A stretch of 63,993 bases of DNA, filler included, from an uncultured bacterium (GTDB taxonomy: Bacteria; Hinthialibacterota; Hinthialibacteria; Hinthialibacterales; Hinthialibacteraceae): the NCBI GenBank assembly GCA_964449065.1. It is 6 parts of 6 records of this genome, joined end to end, with 100 filler letters (N's around TTAATTAATTAA, not from the genome) between each part and the next. Parts side by side here need not be neighbours in the genome. Positions count along the whole stretch, not along the records: positions 1 to 10,831 come from CAYVAZ010000173.1; positions 10,932 to 21,748 come from CAYVAZ010000174.1; 4 more parts are not named here. One strand, given 5' to 3'. The stretch's first letter is position 1, and every line of letters begins with the position of its first letter. Under the pieces are notes generated by a model that worked only from the letters and a program-made list of their open reading frames with translations, searched no databases and was not told the origin of the DNA. Positions 10,653 to 20,097 of the stretch are shown here, in pieces. Both the position numbers and the translations under genes were made by a program.

Positions 10653-10704
10653 GGAAGAAACGTTGTTGACATTTGCTTGTTCACTGGATACTGTCCATCT
10701 TAAA

Positions 10705-10831
10705 TAACTGACGTTACGCAAAAGGAAATATAAAGTTCATGTTGAAATTGAGGTCTATTGAAAGCCCTTAAATTTCCGGTACGACTATCGTCTTCTCCCT
10801 TTGGGAGAAGATAAGAGATGAGGGCGAAGAG
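10705..10831. mobile_element. MITE family A, left half
   Basis: TAACTGACGTTACGCA terminal repeat then CTATCGTCTTCTCCCTTTGGGAGAAGATAAGAGATGAGGG; truncated by contig end. Confidence 0.7.
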
Positions 10832-10931
10832 NNNNNNNNNNNNNNNNNNNNNNNNNNNNNNNNNNNNNNNNNNNNTTAATTAATTAANNNNNNNNNNNNN
10901 NNNNNNNNNNNNNNNNNNNNNNNNNNNNNNN
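10832..10931. other. Artificial contig linker
   Basis: 44 N + TTAATTAATTAA + 44 N (stop codons in all six frames). Confidence 0.98.
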
Positions 10932-11112
10932 CTTTGGGAGAAGATAAGAGATGAGGGCGATGAGAGCGATTACTCCCTATGACGCAGTAGCGTCATTAGA
11001 GGTTTATTCCTCCCGAACCCTCACCCCGTCCCTCTCCCAGTGGGCGAAGGCGATAGATGCAGCGAACAATTAGAATACATTGCATATCATAACGCATGCG
11101 TAAGGTGAGTTA
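10932..11112. mobile_element. MITE family A, central REP doublet and right end
   Basis: Two inverted REP hairpins around a spacer; ends in TGCGTAAGGTGAGTTA (11097-11112). Confidence 0.7.
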
Positions 11113-11210
11113 GTTAATATGAATCTTCTGCATTTCGCTCAATCTTTGTAAAATACATTATTTCGAAATTTTAATATGCTTGAAAAGGATTTGAATAACG
11201 ATGTTTACCC

Positions 11211-11250
11211 GGCAAAAATTTCTTGACATCCAATCCCGCTAACCTATAAT
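11211..11250 (+). promoter_or_regulatory. sigma70 promoter with an abutting flagellar 13-mer
   Basis: TTGACA (11223-11228), 16 bp spacer, TATAAT (11245-11250); GGCAAAAATTTCT immediately upstream of the -35. Confidence 0.65.
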
Positions 11251-11364
11251 AAACGCTAAAGATACCGACTTTTGACTTAGAAGACGTCTTAAGCCGAAAC
11301 ATTATGACATTTTTATTCGGATTCGATCAGCGGTATAGGGTTTCGCAGGAGATGAACAAACAAG

Positions 11365-11826
11365 ATGACCGAACACAATACCGCTTCTCTACTGGAAAAC
11401 GCGTTGCGGGATGAAATCGCTCTCTACCGGCAAATGCTGTATCTATCAGAAGAGCAAGCTCAACTAATGGAAGATAAAGAACCGGATTTTGAACGAATCG
11501 CCGTTTTGATGGATGAAAAGGTTCACCTATCCAGCGAAATTGAAGCGCTGGAAGACAGCCACCGCGCCACCAAACAAGAGTGGGAACAAACGTATCAGTC
11601 GTACAGCGGTGAAGTTCGGCAAGAGGTAAAAGCGTTGCGGGATGAACTGCAAGAATTGCTGGAAAGCTTGCAGGAACTGGAACAACATACCATCGAATTC
11701 CTGCAAACAGCCGAAAAAGACATCAGCCAGCGTTTGCGCAATTTATACAATTCTCGAAACATTAACCGGGCTTACTTTCACCGGGAAAAAAGTCCCGCGA
11801 AATATATCAACCGGTTCTCAAAATAG
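11365..11826 (+). CDS. FlgN-like helical flagellar chaperone
   Basis: L..E...Y..L..LS.EQ...L, K..L..EI..LE coiled-coil pattern; heads the flagellar regulatory operon. Confidence 0.55.
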   Translation: MTEHNTASLLENALRDEIALYRQMLYLSEEQAQLMEDKEPDFERIAVLMDEKVHLSSEIEALEDSHRATKQEWEQTYQSYSGEVRQEVKALRDELQELLESLQELEQHTIEFLQTAEKDISQRLRNLYNSRNINRAYFHREKSPAKYINRFSK

Positions 11827-11853
11827 ACCGTTTGCTTTGATGATGGGTTTAGG

Positions 11854-13068
11854 GTGATGCACGCACAGCACAAACACTTATCGGAATCAATTTCTTTAGC
11901 TGACTCCACACCGCAAAACGCGGATGAACTAAAGCAGTTATATGAGCAATACAATGAAAATACCCGAAAACTGCGCGAAGCCTTCGAACGTCTCGAAAAA
12001 CGATTCCAAGCCATTGACCCCTATAACATCTATAGTTCCATCACTGATGCCCTCATTACGCTCGATCAAGACCACCAAATCCTCACGGTCAACAAAACCG
12101 CCGAACGAGTGTTTGAGGTATCGGAAAAAGACGCCCTTGGCAAAGATTTCCGCCAAACCATCCCCATCTGCCGGGATATGTTTGAGCGCTATCAAGCCGG
12201 TGATCAAACCGAACAAACCTACTACGAAGTGCACTATTCGCTCAGTACCGGAGACGATATTTACCTGCGCGGACGCTTTTCACCACTTCTGGACCGCAAC
12301 GGAGACGCCATCGGCACCACATGCCTGTTCCAAGATTTAAGCATAGAACGCCTCTTGGAAGAAAAAGCTCGCCGTACAGACCGCCTCGCCGCCTTGGGAG
12401 AACTCGCTGCCGGTGTTGCGCACGAAATGCGCAATCCACTTACAACCGTACGCGGCTACTTACAAATTCTTCCCGAAAGTGTTGATGACCCCGATTTCAT
12501 CAGCGAATTCTCTGAAAACCTCATCCGTGAAATCGACCGCTTAACCCGGCTGACCGAAAACTTGCTGAACATGGCCAAACCTATCTCACCCGATACCCAG
12601 GCCTGTTCCCTCTATCAACTCATTTCCGAAATCTGCGAGTTCCAAGCCGATCAGTTTCAAAAACATCAAGTCGATATCCACTTCGATCCGCCCAAAAACG
12701 AAGATACCGTCAATATCGACAAAGACCGCATCAAACAGGTGTTTATCAATCTCCTGCGCAACAGCGCTGAAGCAATGGATGGGGGAGGCACAATTTCCAT
12801 CGAATTTCAGCAGCGGGTTGAAACCTTGGCACAAAAAAAACCGTGTACTTATGTTGTTGCCATAGTGCGTGATGAAGGACCTGGGATTCCCGAGCATATT
12901 GTTGACCGCTTGTTTGATCCCTTTTTCACGACCAAAGACCATGGCACCGGCTTGGGATTGGCGCTTTCCAACCGCATTGTAGAAGAACACGAAGGCTTTT
13001 TGCGTGTTGATCGGCAATACAATCAAGGAGCCAGCTTTTGGGTGATGCTTCCGTTGGCATTGCAATGA
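11854..13068 (+). CDS. Cytoplasmic PAS sensor histidine kinase (FlgS/FleS/FlrB-like)
   Basis: PAS domain, LAALGELAAGVAHEMRNPL H-box, N box, DEGPG, FDPFFTTK..GTGLGL; no TM helix. Confidence 0.88.
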   Translation: MMHAQHKHLSESISLADSTPQNADELKQLYEQYNENTRKLREAFERLEKRFQAIDPYNIYSSITDALITLDQDHQILTVNKTAERVFEVSEKDALGKDFRQTIPICRDMFERYQAGDQTEQTYYEVHYSLSTGDDIYLRGRFSPLLDRNGDAIGTTCLFQDLSIERLLEEKARRTDRLAALGELAAGVAHEMRNPLTTVRGYLQILPESVDDPDFISEFSENLIREIDRLTRLTENLLNMAKPISPDTQACSLYQLISEICEFQADQFQKHQVDIHFDPPKNEDTVNIDKDRIKQVFINLLRNSAEAMDGGGTISIEFQQRVETLAQKKPCTYVVAIVRDEGPGIPEHIVDRLFDPFFTTKDHGTGLGLALSNRIVEEHEGFLRVDRQYNQGASFWVMLPLALQ

Positions 13069-13107
13069 AATGTTGCAAGAATATGATTCCGTTGAGTTGA
13101 GGACACA

Positions 13108-14496
13108 ATGACAAAACACAATCTGTTAATCGTTGATGACGAAGCGGGCATCCGCAACCTGCTCAGCCGTGTGCTAAGCAAAGAAGGGTACGAACTGCAA
13201 GAAGCCGATAACGGTGATGACGCCATCGAACTGGCCCAACAAAATCCTCCTGATTTGGTTCTTTGCGATATTAAAATGCCCGGCAAAGACGGCATCCAAG
13301 TCTTGGATGAACTTAAACAAATCTCTTCGGATATCGAAGTCATCATGCTTACAGCATACTCTACGGTCGAAAGCGCCGTTCAGGCCATGAAACTTGGAGC
13401 CGTCGATTACATCAAAAAACCCTTTGATGTGGATGAACTCAAAATCATCATCCGCAAGAACCTGGGTGTCGTTGAACTGAAACGTGAAAACAACGCCCTA
13501 CGCGTAGAAGCCGGCCTGAAGTACGGAATCGATAAAATTATCGGCAATTCCCCTGAAATGAAACGCATCTTCGATGAAATCAAAACCATTGCCCCTACCC
13601 CCAGTACAGTTCTGATTCACGGTGAAAGTGGAACAGGGAAAGAACTCATCGCCGGGGCGATCCACTACCTCAGCCCCCGCCGCAACAAACGTTTTATCAA
13701 AGTCAACTGCGCCGCTATCTCCGAAGAACTACTTGAAAGTGAGTTGTTTGGACATGAAAAAGGCGCTTTCACCGGCGCCGTCCGCTCCAACGAAGGCAAA
13801 TTCGTCCTCGCAGATGGCGGCACCATCCTTTTGGATGAGATCAGTGAAATGAGCCCCAAGTTACAAGCCAAGCTCTTGCGCGTATTACAAGAGAAAGAAG
13901 TCGATAAAGTTGGCGGCAAAGAACCGGTTCGCGTGGATGTTCGCGTTACGGCCACCACCAACCGGGATTTAAAAAAAGAAATTGAGGACGGTTCATTTCG
14001 CGAAGATTTGTATTACCGCTTAAATGTGGTGGCAATCTCGTTTCCGCCGTTGCGGGACCGGAAAAGCGATATCCCCGCTTTATCCAAACATTTTTTAGCC
14101 AAGTACAACCACGAAATGAATAAAAAAATCGCCGGCATCGGCAAAGAAGCCGAAGACATTATGATCCGCTACAACTGGCCGGGTAATGTCCGCCAATTGG
14201 AAAACTGCATCGAACGCGCCGTGGTCTTATGTGCCGATAATGAGGTTCAAAAACAGCATCTTCCACCGGAAATGGTGCATGAAGTGGTCGGAGGAAATCA
14301 AAAACAGGCCAATTTTTCACAAGTTGGCATGACAGTTGCTGAAATGGAAAAACAACTCATTTTTGAAACACTGAAACACACAAATGACAACCGTACCCGG
14401 GCTGCTGAAATGTTAGGCATCAGCATTCGAACACTACGCAACAAATTGAATGAATACAAACAAAACAGCACAGCGGTAGAGACCGAAATAACTTAG
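13108..14496 (+). CDS. sigma54-dependent response regulator (FlgR/FleR/FlrC-like)
   Basis: Receiver domain, GESGTGKE, GAFTGA, LLDEI, WPGNVRQL and HTH NRTRAAEMLGISIRTLRNKLNEY. Confidence 0.9.
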   Translation: MTKHNLLIVDDEAGIRNLLSRVLSKEGYELQEADNGDDAIELAQQNPPDLVLCDIKMPGKDGIQVLDELKQISSDIEVIMLTAYSTVESAVQAMKLGAVDYIKKPFDVDELKIIIRKNLGVVELKRENNALRVEAGLKYGIDKIIGNSPEMKRIFDEIKTIAPTPSTVLIHGESGTGKELIAGAIHYLSPRRNKRFIKVNCAAISEELLESELFGHEKGAFTGAVRSNEGKFVLADGGTILLDEISEMSPKLQAKLLRVLQEKEVDKVGGKEPVRVDVRVTATTNRDLKKEIEDGSFREDLYYRLNVVAISFPPLRDRKSDIPALSKHFLAKYNHEMNKKIAGIGKEAEDIMIRYNWPGNVRQLENCIERAVVLCADNEVQKQHLPPEMVHEVVGGNQKQANFSQVGMTVAEMEKQLIFETLKHTNDNRTRAAEMLGISIRTLRNKLNEYKQNSTAVETEIT

Positions 14497-14509
14497 AAAC
14501 CTGTGTATT

Positions 14510-16660
14510 ATGGATCCATTTGCAGAAACTTCATCCAAATCCGTACTCGAAATCGCCGGTGAACTGGGTGTTCGCTCGAATTCTGTGCTCAAAGCATTGA
14601 AGGATTTAGGTGTTTCCGCGGATGATCCCAGCACCCCTGTTGATCCTGATTTAGAAGATGTCTTAGTCGATCACCTCATCAACCAAGGCGCCGTTCCTTC
14701 CAAATTCAAACGTCCCAAACAAGTAACCGGCGAACCCTTCATGTCGGATGCACTCCTCTTCGAAGCCATGGGAGCCGGTGAAGACGGCTTTTCCGAAACC
14801 CGCATCCCCCGGCAACTACGGGTCGAATCCGGCTTCGCCGAAGAACCGTCTTGGTTTAACCGCCTTTTCGGCCAGAAGCGGGAAACCGATGTTGTACGTT
14901 CACTGCGCGAATCTCCCAAAACCGATGAGGAACTCAATTCGCTATTCGGTTCCTCAAAACTTCCATCCGGAAGGCGGTCTCCTTCGCCGTTGGCCGCCCC
15001 CAATGATGAGCAAGACTTTTTGGAAGAAACGCCGGAACCAACCATTGAACTATCCGAAGATATTTTAGAAACCTTTGACGATCTCGACATGGAAGGCATT
15101 GAAGATATCGCCGATATCGAATTAGAAGGGCTCGATGAATTAAGCCAAGAAGCGGAACAACAAAAACAAGAGGAAGAAGAGCAGCCCGAAGAAGAACCCG
15201 AAGAACAGCCGAAAGAAGAATCCGAAGAACCGGAAGAAACCGAAGAGGAAGTTTCCGAAGAAGAAACCGGCGAAGAGACCGAAGAGGATGAAGAAGACGA
15301 AGAAATACCGATGGGCATGTTCGAACGCTTCTTGTCCCGCATTCATCTGACCCCCACCGAAATGTGGACTGTCACCGGCGGATCGCTTGCCATCATGCTT
15401 ACTCTGTTGGGTATCACCATCTATTGGTTTTGGTATAAAAGCGACCGGGCTGATATGAGTCTTTGGGAGCAAGCGACAACCGCTTATTTTGAAGCCCTGA
15501 ATGCCGTGAATGAAGAAACCGGACAGCCATTATCTCCGGCAGAACAAGCGGCCACCTATGGGGAAGCCGCGGAGTTGTTTTCCACCTATTTGAAACGCTT
15601 TCCAGAACCGGAAAACCTTCAGAATACCACCAACGGTTTACGCTATTTGTGCAACAGCCACTTTCAAAAAGCGCAATTGCATCAACAGTTGGAAGAAACC
15701 GATCCCATGACCGAAGAATACCAAGAGGCGGTTTACTACTACGAACAATTCTTGGAGTATTTAGAAGAAAAAGCCAACAAAACCAGCGAAATCCTTTCTA
15801 TTCTTCCGGATACCGAAGAAGCAAGAGCGGAACGCAGGAGGTATCTTAGCGAAACCTTTCCCGATCAGGAACTGCAGGAAGAAGCTCTCTTCAACCGCGG
15901 CTATGCCTATTGGCAATTGGATGAATACAATTCCGCCGTACAAGCGTACAGAGAATACCTCAACAAATTCAGCGGCCACCAAAACGCCCCCCAAGTCCGG
16001 TTGAATATCGGCAGAATTTATGAAGAATGGGCGGTAGCAAACAAAGAAAATGAGTTAGAATTACTCGAACAGGCCGACCTTGCGTACAACGAAGCGATCG
16101 AAGCCCTGCCCGACGATGCCCATATCGAAAAAATGAAATTGTACGAAGGCCTCGGCCGCATCAAAAACGCAATATTTGAACGGCACCGCAAAGACAATCA
16201 AAAAGAAGCCATGGAAAATCCTCTCATGGAAGCCATTGCCTACTTGGAAAACGCGGAAGAGGAAGCCCGCCAAGCCGGAGACGCCTTGAGTATCGATGAC
16301 AAAATTCGCGTCTTCAAATCGCTCGGCGACCTCTATTTAACCCGCGGCGAAATCGCCGAAGAAGAACTGCGCGATCTGGAGAGGGTTCAGCAGGACTTTC
16401 GCCAAGGAGATTACAAAAACACATTGGATGAGGGCGTCAAAGAGAAAAAAGAAACCACCGATCAATTCATCATAAACGCCTTAGCGCTTTATAACGAATT
16501 GCTGGACAAACGGGACATCATCCCCAATGAAATTGATGCCTTCGAACTGATGTATAATAAAGCCAGCGGTCTCCGGCTTTTGGGAGAATATGAAGACGCT
16601 CTGGCAACCGCCCAAGAATTGGATCAAGAAATACAAAACGCACTGAACGATAATACGTAA
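14510..16660 (+). CDS. Bitopic membrane protein: IF2-N-like HTH, acidic linker, TM helix, periplasmic TPRs
   Basis: N-terminus SVLEIAGELGVRSNSVLKALKDLGV resembles IF2_N; Glu-rich stretch; TM SLAIMLTLLGITIYWFW; TPR motifs such as ALFNRGYAYWQLDEYNSAVQAYREYL. Confidence 0.7.
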   Translation: MDPFAETSSKSVLEIAGELGVRSNSVLKALKDLGVSADDPSTPVDPDLEDVLVDHLINQGAVPSKFKRPKQVTGEPFMSDALLFEAMGAGEDGFSETRIPRQLRVESGFAEEPSWFNRLFGQKRETDVVRSLRESPKTDEELNSLFGSSKLPSGRRSPSPLAAPNDEQDFLEETPEPTIELSEDILETFDDLDMEGIEDIADIELEGLDELSQEAEQQKQEEEEQPEEEPEEQPKEESEEPEETEEEVSEEETGEETEEDEEDEEIPMGMFERFLSRIHLTPTEMWTVTGGSLAIMLTLLGITIYWFWYKSDRADMSLWEQATTAYFEALNAVNEETGQPLSPAEQAATYGEAAELFSTYLKRFPEPENLQNTTNGLRYLCNSHFQKAQLHQQLEETDPMTEEYQEAVYYYEQFLEYLEEKANKTSEILSILPDTEEARAERRRYLSETFPDQELQEEALFNRGYAYWQLDEYNSAVQAYREYLNKFSGHQNAPQVRLNIGRIYEEWAVANKENELELLEQADLAYNEAIEALPDDAHIEKMKLYEGLGRIKNAIFERHRKDNQKEAMENPLMEAIAYLENAEEEARQAGDALSIDDKIRVFKSLGDLYLTRGEIAEEELRDLERVQQDFRQGDYKNTLDEGVKEKKETTDQFIINALALYNELLDKRDIIPNEIDAFELMYNKASGLRLLGEYEDALATAQELDQEIQNALNDNT

Positions 16661-16674
16661 ACAGGGTGTATGCC

Positions 16675-18381
16675 ATGAAAATAATATCGTTACTTATACT
16701 GTTTTTTATCGGAGCGGCTGTCCCGGGCGTATGGCCGCAAGATACCGGTGTGCCTGAGGCAGAACAAAAACTTCGGGAGTTGCAGATAAAAAATGCTTAC
16801 CTGTTGGGTCACATCGCTTGGGATAAAGCGTTGTACGATTGGGAGCAAGATGTAAAACAACGCAAACGCAACATCAACCCCAGCCAATATTTTTCTGATG
16901 TGAAAAGCTACTATCAAAACGCCATCGAACTCAACCCTTTCTATCCCGAAGAGCAAAACGGCATTATCAGCCACTTGGCCGACATACGCCTCACCAACGT
17001 CCTCTATATGCGCGAAGGCGATTACGAACAAGCCATCAACCGCTTCGACATTATGGTTGAAATGTGGCCTGAGGACGATTACTCCTACCTCACCTATTAT
17101 TTTTACGGCAAAGCGCTCGAAAGTTATGGCGATGTAAAACGGGAACAGTTGCAGCAGATAGAAAAACAAATCCAACAAATCGGCAATACTCCCCAACTCC
17201 TAAACCAAAAAGAACAATTGAAACAAGAAATGCAACGTCTCTATCAACGTGCCATTACCGAATACGGCAAAGCGATTGAAGTCAGACCCCATTCTCAATA
17301 TGTGGATATCGATAGCGAAGAATATCTGGTGGAAATAGTCTTCCACCGGGGATTCAGCGCCTTTAAGCAAGGCAATTTTATGGGAGATACCTCACTAGAA
17401 GACGCCGAGCATTTGCTGAAAGAGGCCCTGGATAATTACAGAGATCATCCCGTTGCCAAAAAGAATTTTGTCGCCAAAGCCATCGAACGCCTGGGAGACT
17501 TATACGTGGAAAAAGGCTTGTATGACAAAGCCGTTGACCAATATCTCACCTACATTGACAACGGCTACGAAGACGAACAGGCACGGGTAAGAATGAAATT
17601 AGCCAACACGTACAAACAACGCTTCTCGTTTCAACAAGCCCGCACTTGGTATCAAAAAATCATTAACGAAAATCCTCCGCCCACCCCTTACGATATCCAA
17701 AGAGCCAAACGCGATAAAAAACCCATCCATCGCGGCCCCACCTACGAAGCCTACAAAAATATGGCCGAAACCTACTTGACCGAAGCCGTCACGTCGTCCG
17801 AACAAAACCGGGAAGACATGCTGCGTAAAGCCCTGCAAACCTACCAAACCTTCGCCTCCAAATATCCAAATGATATCGATAACTACAATCCCGAATCCGG
17901 TGAACCTTTTATCCCCGCGGATGTCGAATCGCAACGCAAAATCGGCAACATCTATTACGAGTTGGAAGACTATCCCGAAGCCGCAAAAAATCTGCTTGCC
18001 TTTATAGAAAACAATCCGCACACTCCTTATAAAGGTCAGATTTATAACAAAATCGGCAAAGCCTATATCCGTGCCGAAATGCTGGATGAGGCCATAAATA
18101 AACTGTATCTCATTACGGAAAAGGATATACAAGAACCGGCACAATACGCGGATGTAAAAATCAGCCTGGCCCGCGCCTACGAGATAAAGGCCGGACAGTT
18201 TCAGGCTGAAGGCAACGAGGTTCAATACAAACTCCGCATAAAAGATGCCATTCGTACCTACCAAGAAGTCTTGTCCACCGGGGTTGAAGATAAAGTCAAT
18301 TTAGCCGAAGAAAAAATCCGCGCTTTATCCAGCGAACTCAATACCAAAGAAGATCAACGCGTGAGTGCTTTGGGAGGATAA
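16675..18381 (+). CDS. Secreted TPR-repeat protein
   Basis: Signal peptide MKIISLLILFFIGAA; many TPRs (AIERLGDLYVEKGLYDKAVDQY; SQRKIGNIYYELEDYPEAA). Confidence 0.75.
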   Translation: MKIISLLILFFIGAAVPGVWPQDTGVPEAEQKLRELQIKNAYLLGHIAWDKALYDWEQDVKQRKRNINPSQYFSDVKSYYQNAIELNPFYPEEQNGIISHLADIRLTNVLYMREGDYEQAINRFDIMVEMWPEDDYSYLTYYFYGKALESYGDVKREQLQQIEKQIQQIGNTPQLLNQKEQLKQEMQRLYQRAITEYGKAIEVRPHSQYVDIDSEEYLVEIVFHRGFSAFKQGNFMGDTSLEDAEHLLKEALDNYRDHPVAKKNFVAKAIERLGDLYVEKGLYDKAVDQYLTYIDNGYEDEQARVRMKLANTYKQRFSFQQARTWYQKIINENPPPTPYDIQRAKRDKKPIHRGPTYEAYKNMAETYLTEAVTSSEQNREDMLRKALQTYQTFASKYPNDIDNYNPESGEPFIPADVESQRKIGNIYYELEDYPEAAKNLLAFIENNPHTPYKGQIYNKIGKAYIRAEMLDEAINKLYLITEKDIQEPAQYADVKISLARAYEIKAGQFQAEGNEVQYKLRIKDAIRTYQEVLSTGVEDKVNLAEEKIRALSSELNTKEDQRVSALGG

Positions 18382-18485
18382 AATTGCCGGGACAGGCAAA
18401 ATATTCCGGCAAAACATTCCTTTGCCTATTCTAAATGAAAACGAAACACGTTATCCCAAGCAATTGTTTTGGAACAAAGATTGCA
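18376..18485 (+). promoter_or_regulatory. sigma54 promoter of flgB with tandem 13-bp enhancer-like repeats
   Basis: TGGAAC-AAAGA-TTGCA at 18470-18485; GGATAAAATTGCC, GGCAAAATATTCC and GGCAAAACATTCC at 18376-18420. Confidence 0.75.
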
Positions 18486-18515
18486 TTACGCATACAAAAA
18501 AGATGAGGACACACT

Positions 18516-18941
18516 ATGCTTATCAGCCATCTCTTTGACAACACTTCACTCAATGTTCTTAAAAAAGGGATCGAAGGAACAAACCTGCGCCACAAAGCCA
18601 TTTCAAACAATATTGCGAACGTCGATACCCCTCAATATCAGCGGGCAACCGTCGGTTTTGAGGAGCAACTTAAACGAGCCATCAGTAAATCAGGCATTAT
18701 AGGCAGACGCACCGACGAAATGCATTTTATCATCGGCGGACCGGAAGAAGTCAAAATGGCAAAAGCGCGTGTCGATATCGATAACGAAACCCGGTTTCGC
18801 CCCGATCAAAACAACATCAATATCGATCAAGAAATGGCTGACTTAGCACACAATACCCAAAAGAACTTAGAATTCACCGAACTGCTATCCCGCCGCTACA
18901 GCGGAATGAAAAACACCATCCGCACGGCAGGCAGCGTCTAA
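18516..18941 (+). CDS. flgB: Flagellar basal-body rod protein FlgB
   Basis: RH..ISNNIANVDTP.Y, R.D.NN.NID.EM. Confidence 0.92.
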   Translation: MLISHLFDNTSLNVLKKGIEGTNLRHKAISNNIANVDTPQYQRATVGFEEQLKRAISKSGIIGRRTDEMHFIIGGPEEVKMAKARVDIDNETRFRPDQNNINIDQEMADLAHNTQKNLEFTELLSRRYSGMKNTIRTAGSV

Positions 18942-18963
18942 TAATTCAGAAGTATTTACAGAT

Positions 18964-18990
18964 GGGTGGACGAGGCTCCCAGCGAGCCGA
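18964..18990. repeat. REP-like family W (GGAGGGCGAGGCTCCCRCCGAGCCGGA)
   Basis: Further copies at 20461-20488, 35704-35731, 44203-44228, 44243-44269 and 54101-54124; all intergenic. Confidence 0.75.
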
Positions 18991-19135
18991 AAGGGCAGAT
19001 TGATAAAAAATAAAGCGTGGCAAAAAGAAGCCGCATTAATAAACAAAAATACGCGCGCAGGCATCCTGCCTGCTTATGTTTCACCCAAGTTCGGAGACAT
19101 GAGAGAATTATGTGTTTTTATAAAGGAGTCACAAA

Positions 19136-19579
19136 ATGAGTTTTTGGATCAGCGCATCGGGAATGACCGCCCAACGGGTCCGCATGGATGTTATTTCCAA
19201 CAACATTGCCAACGCCAACACCATGGTTACGGCCGAAGGCGGCCCCTACCGCCGCCGCGAAGTCATCTTTGAAGCGCCGGGCAGAGACTTCTCCGAATCG
19301 CTTTCCACCGCGCGCCGCCGTCTGAACCGCACCATCGGCAGCGGAGTGAAAGTCAAACGCATCACCGAAGATCAATCCGAGCACGCGTTCTTAAAGATTT
19401 ATGATCCCGGGCATCCGTTCGCCGATCAAAACGGCATCGTCACCCGCCCTAATATTACGGTGACACGTGAAATGATCAACATGATCGATGCCTCCCGGTC
19501 GTACGAAGCCAACGTCACCGCCATGAACAACTATAAACAAATGGCGCAAGCGGCATTGCAAATCGGAGGAAACGCGTAA
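19136..19579 (+). CDS. flgC: Flagellar basal-body rod protein FlgC
   Basis: ISASGMTAQRVRMDVISNNIANA, PYRR, YDPGHP.AD, ASRSYEAN. Confidence 0.94.
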   Translation: MSFWISASGMTAQRVRMDVISNNIANANTMVTAEGGPYRRREVIFEAPGRDFSESLSTARRRLNRTIGSGVKVKRITEDQSEHAFLKIYDPGHPFADQNGIVTRPNITVTREMINMIDASRSYEANVTAMNNYKQMAQAALQIGGNA

Positions 19580-19614
19580 AAATGTAATGGGTAATCGATG
19601 GGGGGCTTTAAGCG

Positions 19615-20039
19615 AAGCGCAGCCCACCACTCGCGTAAGGGGAACGTTACCGGATATAATAGACAAAGCTTAACGAGAAAATTATGGCTGATTTCAATCC
19701 AATTCACATTCCCCCGCAAGGGGTAGGGCCGGTTGATCCGGCTTCCGGCAAAGGTGCCAAACCCAAACCGGCGGAAGGCTCTTCCGGTTTTCAGGATATT
19801 CTAAAAGAACAATTGGGCGAAATCAGCCGTGAGACGGAAAAAGTTTCAAACGCACCCAGCCCTACCTTTGAAGACCTAGGCAAAGCGATGGATGCCGCCA
19901 AAAACGCCTTTAATGATACCATGCAGGCACACAGCCTCATGCAGCAAATGATTAACAACCTGCCGGAAGAAACCAACGGCGATGAACAGAAACCGAGCTA
20001 ACTTGTGGGCTCAAAGCAAAGCGCAGCCCACCACTCGCG
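19615..20039. repeat. Identical 21-bp direct repeats (REP-derived) flanking the FliE-like ORF
   Basis: AAGCGCAGCCCACCACTCGCG at 19615-19635 and 20019-20039; related hairpin at about 50591-50626. Confidence 0.8.
19684..20001 (+). CDS. Divergent FliE-like paralogue
   Basis: Pro/Gly-rich N-terminus, F.DILKE.L.E, AM..A...F...MQ pattern parallels the neighbouring FliE. Confidence 0.5.
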   Translation: MADFNPIHIPPQGVGPVDPASGKGAKPKPAEGSSGFQDILKEQLGEISRETEKVSNAPSPTFEDLGKAMDAAKNAFNDTMQAHSLMQQMINNLPEETNGDEQKPS

Positions 20040-20097
20040 CAGATGTAGCAACATTTACTTTTATGACTTGAAATGTTCCGGTTGAGGAGTATGCATT

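Noticed and set aside
10876..10887. TTAATTAATTAA palindrome recurring about every 10.7 kb
   Set aside because: Artificial six-frame stop linker embedded in N runs, not biological periodicity.
10799..10965. Apparent overlap between the end of contig 1 and the start of contig 2, suggesting true adjacency
   Set aside because: The shared text is the multicopy MITE hairpin, the two copies diverge after GAGGGCGA, and the contigs are simply sorted by length.
14671..15342. Ser-rich 223-aa antisense ORF and other long shadow ORFs (for example 35949-36677, 39600-40307)
   Set aside because: Reverse-frame shadows of real genes (GAA-rich codons read as Ser/Phe), with no independent motifs.
14510..18381. 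Single frameshifted giant TPR pseudogene
   Set aside because: The second ORF has its own ATG and a clear signal peptide, so it was treated as a separate gene.
19018..19035. sigma54 promoter before flgC (TGGCAA...)
   Set aside because: No TTGC-like -12 element at the required spacing.
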